A stretch of DNA of 62,686 nt, counting the filler. It is 7 parts of 7 records of this genome, joined end to end, with 100 filler letters (N's around TTAATTAATTAA, not from the genome) between each part and the next. Parts side by side here need not be neighbours in the genome. Positions count along the whole stretch, not along the records: positions 1 to 9,529 come from DRR723986_10107; positions 9,630 to 18,788 come from DRR723986_10108; 5 more parts are not named here. One strand, 5' to 3'. Shown here in pieces: positions 1 to 9,850 of this stretch; the first letter of the stretch is position 1; every line of letters starts with the position of its first letter. The notes beneath the pieces were generated by a model that saw only the letters and a program-made list of their open reading frames with translations, did not search any database and was not told where the DNA came from. The position numbers were made by a program, and so were the translations under genes.

Positions 1-267
1 GCCACCGCCACCAGAAGGCCATGACCATAACGTTTTAGATTTCTACACACCTCTCCCTGCCCGATTTTTCGAGCTGTTTTTTTTGGAGCATCCAAGGCCG
101 TCCGCATTATGCGGCACGCTCCCTAATATATACGTGCGGCCAGTCGATGCTGCCGTCCGCCTGAGTTCGCGGTTAATCCTCCGGAGGCTTAACAAGTACA
201 AACTGCACAGTGTGTTTATTACAAAAAAATGCTATTTGCTGAAGTGACTGTAATCGCGATTAAACGG
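1..267. repeat. Copy 1 of a ~270-nt element also found at the start of contig 6 (48656-48910)
   Basis: 1-29 identical to 48656-48684; blocks 189-206 vs 48831-48848 (16/18) and 235-258 vs 48878-48901 (23/24); two positionally conserved hairpins. Confidence 0.85.
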
Positions 268-532
268 ACGGTAATACAGTGTTTTGCGGACAAGAATTGC
301 GCGCGTTTGTAGTGCAGGTCGGCGGCAAACTCGACCACCTAAATACGCTCAAGCTTGCATGGTCTACTCTTGCATGGAGCGATATTGTTCGGTGGATGGA
401 TTTGTATAAAACAAACTGAATGAATGCAGGCTGCCAGACTGGAGGCAGGATCAAAAACTTGAGTCTGCAGCCCCAGTGCAAAACAGCAAGAAAAAGTAAG
501 CTACCGAAGCAACGCGCAGGGAGCGAAGCGCT

Positions 533-1153
533 CTAGATGGTCTGCAAAAGTCGTTCCAATTCTTCGCGATCGCCCTTAATGGCCAGGCCGGAGGAGATAC
601 GGTCCAGTGGATGTTTGCCATAAAGCAGTTTGCGGAAAGCCATGAGGTTGCCACCAATACGCAGGTCCGCATTAAGTGCCGCTCCACGCTGTACCTCAAC
701 GTGGTCGGGTTTAAACTGTAGCTCGTACTGCGCGTCGCCCAGGGAGAGTTCAACAACGAGTGAAATTCCACCGCGATAACGACGCTTAAACGCAACAAGC
801 ATCCACTCAAAGTTGCGATGCTCATGTGGCTGGGGTTCCTGCATGAAGCGCTCGCCCCAGGAACCAAGTGCATGAATGACGGATTCCAGTTCGCGTCCGC
901 TGGGTGTTAACTGATATGCGATCGGTGAGGAAGCGGTGGGATAACGTCGGCGCTCAATGAGCTGGTGCTCCTCCATTTCTTTGAGGCGTTTGGCCAGTAA
1001 GTTGCTGGTAATGCCCGGTAAACTCTTTTGAAGGTCCGAATAACGCATGGGGCCGAGGAGCAGATTGCGCACCACGAGAAGGGTCCAACGCTCGCCAACG
1101 ATGTCCAGAGACTTGGCCAGGCCGCAAAATTGTGAATAAGAACGCTTGCTCAT
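533..1153 (-). CDS. HxlR-family winged-helix transcriptional regulator with C-terminal SCP2-like extension
   Basis: MSKRSYSQFCGLAKSLDIVGERWTLLVVRNLL-GPMRYSDL and YQLTPSGREL are typical HxlR motifs; start set at ATG 1153. Confidence 0.88.
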   Translation of the reverse strand: MSKRSYSQFCGLAKSLDIVGERWTLLVVRNLLLGPMRYSDLQKSLPGITSNLLAKRLKEMEEHQLIERRRYPTASSPIAYQLTPSGRELESVIHALGSWGERFMQEPQPHEHRNFEWMLVAFKRRYRGGISLVVELSLGDAQYELQFKPDHVEVQRGAALNADLRIGGNLMAFRKLLYGKHPLDRISSGLAIKGDREELERLLQTI

Positions 1154-1167
1154 CTGCAGTAAATGCT

Positions 1168-1184
1168 TTACTTTTGAATAGTCG
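1168..1184. promoter_or_regulatory. Possible HxlR-type operator between the divergent genes
   Basis: TTACT-N7-AGTCG, an imperfect ACT-N7-AGT inverted repeat in a 62-nt divergent intergenic gap. Confidence 0.25.
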
Positions 1185-1215
1185 TTACTTGTTTCAAAAT
1201 ACACATGAGTACGTC

Positions 1216-1935
1216 ATGATGCAAGCGTCGGAAGTATTGATCTACTTATTCGTAGGGCTGAGTCTGATTTGTTTGGGGATGTTTTTGAGTGCTGTAGCGG
1301 CTTCAGCACGACGGGTAGGTTTGGAAGTCAGCCGGCGGCGGCGGCAATTCGGAGTGATTACATTATTGAGTTTTGGCTGGATGGGACTGACCTATGGGCT
1401 TGCATCTGCGGGAGTTCTGGAGTTTGGGACGATGCCGCCGAAGTTGCCGATTTTGATTTTTGGGGCATTTGGATTGGTCTTCTATATAGGGTATTCGCGT
1501 TTGGGAACACAACTGACAGCCCTGCCATTTACATGGTTGATCGGATTTCAGAGTTTCCGCGTAGCGGTCGAACTGTTACTGCACAGAGCGTACATTGAGA
1601 ACATCATGCCGATTCAGATGTCGTACGAAGGTTATAATTTTGACATTCTGAGCGGGATTAGTGCGCTGCTGGTTCTGTTTGTCGGCCTGAAGCGGGGCGA
1701 GATTCCGCGCGGATTGATTGTAGCCTGGAATATTTTTGCATGTGTATTGCTGGCGATCATTCTGAGCATTGCAATTCTTTCGATGCCGGTAGAAGCGGTG
1801 CGCATGTTCCAGAATGAGCCTGCCAACGAGTGGATCGCGCAGGCACCGTTTATCTGGTTGCCGACGGTGATGGTGTTTATTGCGGTCCTGGGGCACATTC
1901 TGGTTTTCCGGAAGTTAAAAACAAGTGCGACTTGA
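1216..1935 (+). CDS. Multi-pass membrane protein of unknown function, divergent from the HxlR regulator
   Basis: About 7 hydrophobic segments; FQSFRVAVE, G.NFDILSG and PFIWLPT motifs. Confidence 0.75.
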   Translation: MMQASEVLIYLFVGLSLICLGMFLSAVAASARRVGLEVSRRRRQFGVITLLSFGWMGLTYGLASAGVLEFGTMPPKLPILIFGAFGLVFYIGYSRLGTQLTALPFTWLIGFQSFRVAVELLLHRAYIENIMPIQMSYEGYNFDILSGISALLVLFVGLKRGEIPRGLIVAWNIFACVLLAIILSIAILSMPVEAVRMFQNEPANEWIAQAPFIWLPTVMVFIAVLGHILVFRKLKTSAT

Positions 1936-2086
1936 TTCTGAGAGCTACAAGGTTTCCGGAGTGTATGGATGATCAGTACATGAATGTTAATAGTGATATT
2001 CATTCAGGTGCTTAACGACCAGCGACCACCCGCAACATTGGAGTGCTGCAGGCGGCCGCTGTTGTTAACACCAATTCTCTATGAAA

Positions 2087-2698
2087 TTAATTGCATGTAT
2101 CAACACAACCGGTGCCGTTATTGCGGCAGTCGTAGGGGCCCGGTGGGGTTGTGGTTGGTGGCCCGGCAATTGTTCCAATTACCACTCCATTTGATTTAAC
2201 AACTGTGTAGGTAATGGAGCAGCAAGGAGTGACTCCACAAGGTGTCATAGTAGTTCCACCTGTGCCACCCGTACCTGAACCTGAACTTTCGATCCAGCAA
2301 GCGGGTTTGGCAATGGTGAATGTATTTGACGGGTAGACTCCGCAGGGGTTAAAGTAGACACCATGCATGAGCAGGAAGTTGATTATGTCGTCAAAAAGGG
2401 CGGCATCAAGATCATTAACACAATTTGAACAGCCGGCCTCTAGAGTGAGATATTCGATCCGGTCAATGGTTAGTGTGCAATCCCCGTCACATTCGATAAT
2501 GCGATAGAAGACGCGCATTACACAGCCATCGATAGCAATGTCGCGGATGCGGGCATCTTCGGTATAGGTTGAGCAGTCTTGCGGTTCCGGTACACATTGA
2601 GCGTATGCCTGCGGAGTAATGCCCAGACCGGCAAACAAGATTAGGCAGCAGGATATAAGCCCCAGACGCAGTGCGCCGGCGTTTAAAGTACGTGTCAT
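2087..2698 (-). CDS. Secreted cysteine-rich protein (paralog of 3545-4099)
   Basis: GGAG Shine-Dalgarno before ATG 2698; signal peptide ending AYA-Q; 15 Cys in the predicted mature part. Confidence 0.8.
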   Translation of the reverse strand: MTRTLNAGALRLGLISCCLILFAGLGITPQAYAQCVPEPQDCSTYTEDARIRDIAIDGCVMRVFYRIIECDGDCTLTIDRIEYLTLEAGCSNCVNDLDAALFDDIINFLLMHGVYFNPCGVYPSNTFTIAKPACWIESSGSGTGGTGGTTMTPCGVTPCCSITYTVVKSNGVVIGTIAGPPTTTPPGPYDCRNNGTGCVDTCN

Positions 2699-2776
2699 TG
2701 TATTCTCCAATGGTATTTGTTCAGTTTTAATCTTTTGAAAAGTAGGCTGGTCAGATCCAAGCCTTAAACACGCTGT

Positions 2777-3514
2777 TTAACGTGCTATAACCAGAGCGCC
2801 CGAATGGGCGGCGTCACCGATGTGCAAACTGTAGGAATAGACCCCTTGCGCAAGTTGCGCAGGGTTGATCGGCAGGCGATGTTGCCCGGCTTCGAATATT
2901 CCATTTGCGAGAGTGGCAACTGGTTTGCCGTCAAGGCCGAATATGACAAAGTACACATTCGATTTTTGGCTAACGTTTATTAAAGCTGCGGCATCACCAA
3001 CAAGCGGGTGCGGTACAAACTGCACCGGCGTGCCTGAGTTGAGCGGCTGAGTGTTCTGCGATATTCCAGGTTGGGATTTATCAAAATGTTCATCTCGAAC
3101 AAAATTGTATCCGCCATCGGTTGACACGAATGCTTCACCGTCGGAATTAATTGTGAACATCAGTGGATGCTCCTTTTCCGGTGGGCCCTGCATACGATAG
3201 CCCTCGATGTCTTCAGGCCGCAAGCGCTCGTAGTTAATCACGGGTTCTGGTTTTAGATATCGCGTCCAGCCGGCTCCGGCATCTATGGAATAGTGCAGTT
3301 GCACCTGTGCATCCAGGCGGAAACGCAGTAGACTTGCATCCGGCGCGTTAACAGCGTCCGCGAGCAGCTCCCAGCTATTGCCGCCATCAACAGAAATGTT
3401 AATGTTGGAATGCTGATCAATGTGCAGATACACGTAATCCGAAGCAGTTAAGCCGGTTGCTCCGCCAAGCAGCAATAGCGCGCCGACGAGCATGCGAACA
3501 ATAAAGTTTTGCAT
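2777..3514 (-). CDS. Secreted protein with three Asp-box (BNR) motifs and a C-terminal T9SS type-A sorting-like domain
   Basis: Signal peptide; SVDGGNSW, SIDAGAGW, STDGGYNF; C-terminus PHPL...IFGLDGKPV...LAQGVYSYSL...LVIAR. Confidence 0.75.
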   Translation of the reverse strand: MQNFIVRMLVGALLLLGGATGLTASDYVYLHIDQHSNINISVDGGNSWELLADAVNAPDASLLRFRLDAQVQLHYSIDAGAGWTRYLKPEPVINYERLRPEDIEGYRMQGPPEKEHPLMFTINSDGEAFVSTDGGYNFVRDEHFDKSQPGISQNTQPLNSGTPVQFVPHPLVGDAAALINVSQKSNVYFVIFGLDGKPVATLANGIFEAGQHRLPINPAQLAQGVYSYSLHIGDAAHSGALVIAR

Positions 3515-3544
3515 TGCAAATTCTCCTAGGATTAATTGTCGTGA

Positions 3545-4099
3545 TTAAGGGCACGCGTCCGTACATCCACCGAGGCAAGGGCCGGGGTCTGAGGTGTCAG
3601 TTCCCAGGTCATTACCGGGCGTCCAGTTGGCGATTGCTTTTTCACAACAAGGTGGATCACCACAGCCTGACCAGACATTTCCGGTCAGACTCCAGCATTT
3701 TGGCCAGCCAACCGTGAGGTCTGCAGTTGTGAAGTTAAACACATTGCTAACGGTGATCAGGCGGCGCGCCTCATTAACCCAGGTCTGCAGGGTTTTATTC
3801 TGAAACTGCGTTGGGCAGGTGCCACACTCCGTGTTAAGTTCAATCCTGTTGAAATAGACTTCGATGTCAAAGTCCGGAACACTTCCGCAGGAGCGATATT
3901 GATAATAGATTTGAGCATAACAGCCCGGTGAGAACTCATACATGTATGAGTCTGTGATCCATTGCTGTGTATTGCAAATGTCTGTACAGCCCTGTGCTGA
4001 CGCTTTTGGCGTAAACGTTAAGCCGACGACTATAGCTACAATAATGCCTAACATACGTTGTACCAACGCATCATGGCGGGAATTGCGATAGTTGCGCAT
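3545..4099 (-). CDS. Secreted cysteine-rich protein (paralog of 2087-2698)
   Basis: GGAGG Shine-Dalgarno; signal peptide ending ASA-Q; 13 Cys in the predicted mature part. Confidence 0.8.
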   Translation of the reverse strand: MRNYRNSRHDALVQRMLGIIVAIVVGLTFTPKASAQGCTDICNTQQWITDSYMYEFSPGCYAQIYYQYRSCGSVPDFDIEVYFNRIELNTECGTCPTQFQNKTLQTWVNEARRLITVSNVFNFTTADLTVGWPKCWSLTGNVWSGCGDPPCCEKAIANWTPGNDLGTDTSDPGPCLGGCTDACP

Positions 4100-5119
4100 G
4101 ATTCCTCCAAAGTGATTAAATAATTAGCGATACAAGGTGCCGTAATGACTGCGTGCGCACCAGACCATAAGATGTAGCGGAAGTGAGGTGTCGACAGCCT
4201 CCAGGCTACAGGTCCAGATTAATTGCCGCAGGCAATACGGTAGTGTTTAAGTCGGCAGAATGCGACCTAAATGTTTATGTTTATTTTAGACTACAAGGCC
4301 ACAGGCTTCCAGACTTTTAGGTAAGAAGTCGGGCACAGCATGTGAACTATGTGTATTTAATTGTAAATAGAATTTGGATGTGTACCGGCCGTGGGGGTAG
4401 CAAGGCAACACAAGAAGATAGTGATACGACTACGTTATTTTTAGAAGTATTTACACCGCAATCCTACCGACCGGAATTCAATGAAACCCAGCCAAGCGAA
4501 CAAAATATTGACGATGCTGCTGCACATATGCGGGGCAAACGCAATGTGAATCGCAGAATTTAGTGTTAACAGTGTCGATTCAAATACAACAACTGAGCGA
4601 TTGTGATCTCGGAAGGTGTACCCTTGAGCCTGCAAACAGGGCTTTGATCTGAATACCCATTAATGCTGCAGCCGAGATTTTGCTGTACATGAATAACTGA
4701 ATCTACAACCCGCCTGCTATTAATGCAAGTGTTAAATTTGGGGTGAGGTGCAGTTTGTTGCATTTATGTTGATAATGTGCTGATTTCGCCGATTCGTGTT
4801 CGCCTTAGGCTGACAAAAAATCCTGATTTGAGATTTACCATTGAAAAAATTGCGACTGTAGCAACAATTGAGTCGCTGTCAAAGTGCTTACGGCCTAGCA
4901 CTTGCATTACTCGCGAAACGAATGCGAGTACAGATTCTACACAATAGATTGATAGTGTTTTGTTTAACTGACTTTTTGCCTTGTGCATACGTCTTGAGGT
5001 TTTAGGACACTGAGCTAGGTTAGCTTTTTCTGACTATCGTGTGAACCAGCGTGATAGAAACCAGAACGTGTACAGGCGCTGCCATCCGCAGTCAAAAAGA
5101 CGCCCCGGGAAAATTATAC

Positions 5120-5150
5120 TTGACTTGCCTTGACCTGCGCCGTAGTTTTG
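5120..5150 (+). promoter_or_regulatory. Promoter of the leader/met operon
   Basis: TTGACT(5120-5125)-N17-TAGTTT(5143-5148); also fits the Bacteroidota TTG-N20-TAnnTTTG consensus (TAGTTTTG 5143-5150); lies 25 nt before the leader-1 ATG. Confidence 0.7.
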
Positions 5151-5175
5151 TGCCGTTCAATAATCGAACAATCCA

Positions 5176-5286
5176 ATGCCAACGCAAAAACTCCATATCG
5201 ATCAAATGCCGGCCGGCTCCATGAACATGGTGCCTATGTGTATGTACTATATGTGCATGTGCATGCATTCGAGTGGAAGGGGATAG
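5176..5286 (+). CDS. Met/Cys-rich attenuator leader peptide 1 (36 aa)
   Basis: MPTQKLHIDQMPAGSMNMVPMCMYYMCMCMHSSGRG*: 9 Met and 3 Cys, with 7 Met + 3 Cys in codons 16-30; too short for the ORF track. Confidence 0.8.
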   Translation: MPTQKLHIDQMPAGSMNMVPMCMYYMCMCMHSSGRG

Positions 5287-5313
5287 TCGTTGGTGATTGA
5301 GATCGCAAACTTC

Positions 5314-5347
5314 AAAAAGCCCTTCCGAGTTTCGGATGGGCTTTTTT
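5314..5347 (+). terminator. Attenuator terminator 1
   Basis: AAAAAGCCC-T-TCCGA-GTT-TCGGA-T-GGGC-TTTTTT; the 5' arm CCCTTCC (5320-5326) is complementary to GGAAGGG (5275-5281) in leader 1. Confidence 0.85.
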
Positions 5348-5425
5348 GTTTTCTGACTACAAAAATTGCTGGTTTTTGTACACAAACGACGTGATAAGCG
5401 CCGTTATAGCATTGGCTTGAGTTTT

Positions 5426-5551
5426 ATGCAACAGGTATGTCTGAATACAGATTCGCAATGCACCAAGATTACATGTATGCCACAGATGGCATATATGATG
5501 TGCTGCTGTATGCACCGCCCGCAGGGGAAGGAGCCTGAGATGTATTGCTAA
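5426..5551 (+). CDS. Met/Cys-rich attenuator leader peptide 2 (41 aa)
   Basis: MQQVCLNTDSQCTKITCMPQMAYMMCCCMHRPQGKEPEMYC*: 7 Met and 7 Cys; start codon is uncertain. Confidence 0.75.
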   Translation: MQQVCLNTDSQCTKITCMPQMAYMMCCCMHRPQGKEPEMYC

Positions 5552-5581
5552 GCATATAAACCAACACAAGCAAATACAATC

Positions 5582-5614
5582 GGCCTTCCCCACACTGTGA
5601 GGAAGGCTTTTTTT
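5582..5614 (+). terminator. Attenuator terminator 2
   Basis: GCCTTCC-C-CAC-ACT-GTG-A-GGAAGGC-TTTTTTT; the 5' arm CCTTCCCC (5584-5591) is complementary to GGGGAAGG (5524-5531) in leader 2. Confidence 0.85.
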
Positions 5615-5632
5615 ATGTCTGATAAATCATAA

Positions 5633-6964
<1,332 letters not shown>

Positions 6965-7016
6965 ATTATTAGTGATGCACAGCGTGGTGCGCTGAACTGC
7001 TGTGGGCATTTCAGTG

Positions 7017-7040
7017 CTGAGCGCAATTAAGTGCGCTCAG
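7017..7040 (+). other. Intergenic hairpin between metY and metX (possible mRNA-stabilising stem)
   Basis: CTGAGCGCA-ATTAAG-TGCGCTCAG, a perfect 9-bp stem with no U-tract. Confidence 0.45.
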
Positions 7041-7106
7041 TCAACTGAACCCGGTTAACAGCCTCCCAGTTAACATCCGCGGCCAAATCACAGGAGATTA
7101 AACAAT

Positions 7107-8192
7107 ATGACTGCTGAACATAAAGAACTGCATTCAAACCAGCCATTTGAACTTGAGTCTGGAGAAGTGCTGCCGCACGTTACAATTCGTTATGTGACAA
7201 TTGGCGAGCGCGCCGCCGACGATGCCAACGTCGTCTGGATATTTCACGCCTTAACCGCCAATGCAAATCCATTGGAGTGGTGGCCGGGGATGGTCGGCGC
7301 AAATAAGGTGTTCGACCCGGCGCGCGACTTCATCATCTGCGCTAATGTTCTCGGGTCTGTATATGGGACAAGTGGTCCGTTAACAGCAAATCCTGCAAGT
7401 GGCAAGCCATATTACGCAGACTTTCCGCTGGTGACAATTCGCGATATGGTGGGTGTGCATCAGCTGCTTTTTAAGCACTTAAACATCCAGAATGTCAACT
7501 ATGCTGTCGGCGCTTCGCTCGGTGGGCAGCAGGCACTGGAGTGGGCTGTACAACGGCCGGATCTGTTTAACAAGCTCGTAGTTCTGGCCAGCAATGCGGA
7601 ACACTCGTCCTGGGGCCGCGCCTATAACGCAGCGCAGCGCATGGCGCTGGAAGCTGACCCGACATTGCGCGAACCCACTCCAGGCGCGGGAAGACGTGGA
7701 CTAAAAGCTGCACGTGCAGTTGCAATGCTCTCGTACCGAACCTATGCCGCATTTGCGGCGACGCAGACGGATGGAGATCTGATGCGAGGTTTCAGTGCCG
7801 AATCCTATCTGGAATATCAGGGCCAAAAGCTGGCCGAGCGCTTTAACGCCTGGTCCTACTATCGATTAACACAAGCGATGGATAGCCACCATCTGGGGCG
7901 TGGTCGGGGCAGCGTTGCGCAAACACTTAAAAGCATCAAGGCACGCAGTCTCATAGTCGGAATCCAGTCAGATAGTCTGTTCCCAATTGATGAGCAGAAG
8001 TTTCTGGCTGCGCATATTCCGCATGCCGACTATGCCGAAATCGATTCTGACTTTGGACACGACGGCTTCCTGGTTGAGTCCGCATCTTTAACAAAAATCA
8101 TATCAAAATTTCGGCAGGAACAGGGTGAATCGCCTGGTTCCGGCCAGACAAGTTTTAATGCTGGGAGTCTGGAACAATGCAAGGCCAATTAA
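7107..8192 (+). CDS. metX: Homoserine O-acetyltransferase
   Basis: FELESGEVL, HALT, G-A-S-L-G-G nucleophile elbow, GHDGFLVE. Confidence 0.93.
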   Translation: MTAEHKELHSNQPFELESGEVLPHVTIRYVTIGERAADDANVVWIFHALTANANPLEWWPGMVGANKVFDPARDFIICANVLGSVYGTSGPLTANPASGKPYYADFPLVTIRDMVGVHQLLFKHLNIQNVNYAVGASLGGQQALEWAVQRPDLFNKLVVLASNAEHSSWGRAYNAAQRMALEADPTLREPTPGAGRRGLKAARAVAMLSYRTYAAFAATQTDGDLMRGFSAESYLEYQGQKLAERFNAWSYYRLTQAMDSHHLGRGRGSVAQTLKSIKARSLIVGIQSDSLFPIDEQKFLAAHIPHADYAEIDSDFGHDGFLVESASLTKIISKFRQEQGESPGSGQTSFNAGSLEQCKAN

Positions 8193-9406
8193 CGATCGGA
8201 CTATTTGGATTTGGCTGCGTCGGCCAGGGCTTCTACGAAGTCGCCTGCGCGCTGCCTGAACTACTTCAAATTAAAGCGATATGTGTTAAACAGAAGTCAA
8301 AGGAGCGTCCGATCGCTCCGGAAAAAATCGTGTACGATTCGGCAACAATCCTGGACGATCCGGAAATAGATGTGATTGTGGAGGTCATCGACAATGCCGA
8401 AGATGCGTTTGAAATTGTTGTGGCGGCGCTGAAACGCGGTAAATCGGTGGTCTCGGCCAACAAAAAGATGCTTGCATTACGGCTGGACGAATTATTGGAT
8501 GTTCAGGCGCGCAGCCGGGGGCGTCTGCTGTACGAAGCCGCCGTGGCCGGCAGTATTCCGATTATTCGGGCGCTGGAAACATATTTTGATACTTCTGCGC
8601 TGCAGTCATGCGGCGGAATAGTTAACGGATCGTCTAACTACATACTCACGCGCATGCAGGATGCGGGCTTGTCATTTGAGGCGGCTTTACTTGAGGCGCA
8701 GCGCGCGGGGTATGCTGAGAGTGATCCAACACTTGATTTGGGCGGTTTTGATGCGCGCAACAAACTGCGGATTCTGGTGCACCACGCCTTTGGCCAAAAT
8801 CTTGCGCCCAACAAAATTCCCAAGTTCGGTGTTAACACGGTTACTGTACATGATGTTGCCTGGGCGCAGTCGCAGAATCTGCGAATTGTACCGGCGGCAA
8901 TGGCTGAGCGCAAAAATGCCAAACTCAAAGCCTGGGTAGCCCCGCTGCTCGTGGAGCAGACTCATCGTCTTGCGGCTGTGCGCTCAGTCGATAATATTGC
9001 CGTGGTGGAAGATCAAAACGGCGTCGTAACGCAGTTAATCGGAAAAGGCGCCGGAGGTGTACCAACCGGAGCTGCCGTGCTGGCCGATGTGCAAGCCCTG
9101 GCACGTGGTTTTCGCTATGCCGAGCGCAATACAGATTCCATTGAGGCGGCCAACGATGCGTATGAGCTTGATGTTTATGTGCGGCTGGACAGTCCAAATG
9201 TTTTGCAGGAACTGGCCTGGCAATCGCTCTATTACACTTATAATGCAGAGGATGCCCCGGTCACCATCGGCGTTGGCCGCATCAAGCTGCAGGACCTTGT
9301 GGCGTACAATTTTCGCAGGCAAAAACAGATGTTTGTGGCGTTCGTCACGCCGGAACTTGTACGGCGTCTGCAGACGCGGCAGGCTGAAGCGCTGGCGGTG
9401 GTCTAG
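8177..9406 (+). CDS. hom: Homoserine dehydrogenase
   Basis: IGLFGFGCVG, VVSANKK, YEAAVAGSIPII, GIVNGSSNYIL, GYAESDPTLD, GKGAGG. Confidence 0.93.
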   Translation: MQGQLTIGLFGFGCVGQGFYEVACALPELLQIKAICVKQKSKERPIAPEKIVYDSATILDDPEIDVIVEVIDNAEDAFEIVVAALKRGKSVVSANKKMLALRLDELLDVQARSRGRLLYEAAVAGSIPIIRALETYFDTSALQSCGGIVNGSSNYILTRMQDAGLSFEAALLEAQRAGYAESDPTLDLGGFDARNKLRILVHHAFGQNLAPNKIPKFGVNTVTVHDVAWAQSQNLRIVPAAMAERKNAKLKAWVAPLLVEQTHRLAAVRSVDNIAVVEDQNGVVTQLIGKGAGGVPTGAAVLADVQALARGFRYAERNTDSIEAANDAYELDVYVRLDSPNVLQELAWQSLYYTYNAEDAPVTIGVGRIKLQDLVAYNFRRQKQMFVAFVTPELVRRLQTRQAEALAVV

Positions 9407-9529
9407 CGGGTGAGGTGTGAAATTCGGTGATTGCATCGTATATCGTAACGCTACGCTTCCGGCCGGATATCGTTTACTCAGTGAGCCTCGCTTGGTTTTT
9501 TTTGGCTGAGTCTGAAAGTCTTGGGGCCA

Positions 9530-9629
9530 NNNNNNNNNNNNNNNNNNNNNNNNNNNNNNNNNNNNNNNNNNNNTTAATTAATTAANNNNNNNNNNNNNNN
9601 NNNNNNNNNNNNNNNNNNNNNNNNNNNNN
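9530..9629. other. Artificial contig linker
   Basis: N44-TTAATTAATTAA-N44, stops in all six frames. Confidence 0.99.
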
Positions 9630-9830
9630 TTGAACAATAACCTGCATGTGGTGCATCACGCGCACCCGCAGGTGGCCTGGTACCGGCTGCCCGCGCTTTA
9701 CCACAGCCGCAAAGAGGCGTTTTTGCGCCGGAACGAGGGCTATGTATACCGCTCGTATGGGCAGATTTTCCGGCAATATTTTTTGCGTGGAAAAGACCCG
9801 GTGGCACATCCGCTCTGGCCTGGGCGGTGA
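9630..9830 (+). CDS. Fatty acid desaturase family protein, C-terminal fragment
   Basis: NNNLHVVHH His-box followed by WYRLP and KDPVAHP; cut by the contig edge. Confidence 0.7.
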   Translation: MNNNLHVVHHAHPQVAWYRLPALYHSRKEAFLRRNEGYVYRSYGQIFRQYFLRGKDPVAHPLWPGR

Positions 9831-9850
9831 AATAGGCGCATGTAGGGCGC

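Noticed and set aside
2-247. Open plus-strand frame (PPPPEGHDH...) at the contig start
   Set aside because: The frame closes after 25 codons in the second copy, so coding is not conserved.
1-267. DGR template/variable repeat pair or CRISPR repeat with 48656-48910
   Set aside because: Differences are not adenine-specific and include indels; no reverse transcriptase, cas gene or repeat-spacer periodicity in the window.
5092-5385. His-rich minus-strand ORF (MHAHAHIVHTHRHH) as a His leader or metal-binding peptide
   Set aside because: It is the antisense of ATG/TGC codon runs; promoter, terminators and downstream met genes all point to the plus strand.
5150-5630. SAM riboswitch or T-box upstream of metY
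   Set aside because: No SAM-I, SAM-II or T-box consensus recognised by eye; a formal Rfam scan is still needed.
9530-9629. Repeated TTAATTAATTAA within N runs (six times)
   Set aside because: Artificial concatenation linker; adjacency across linkers has no biological meaning.
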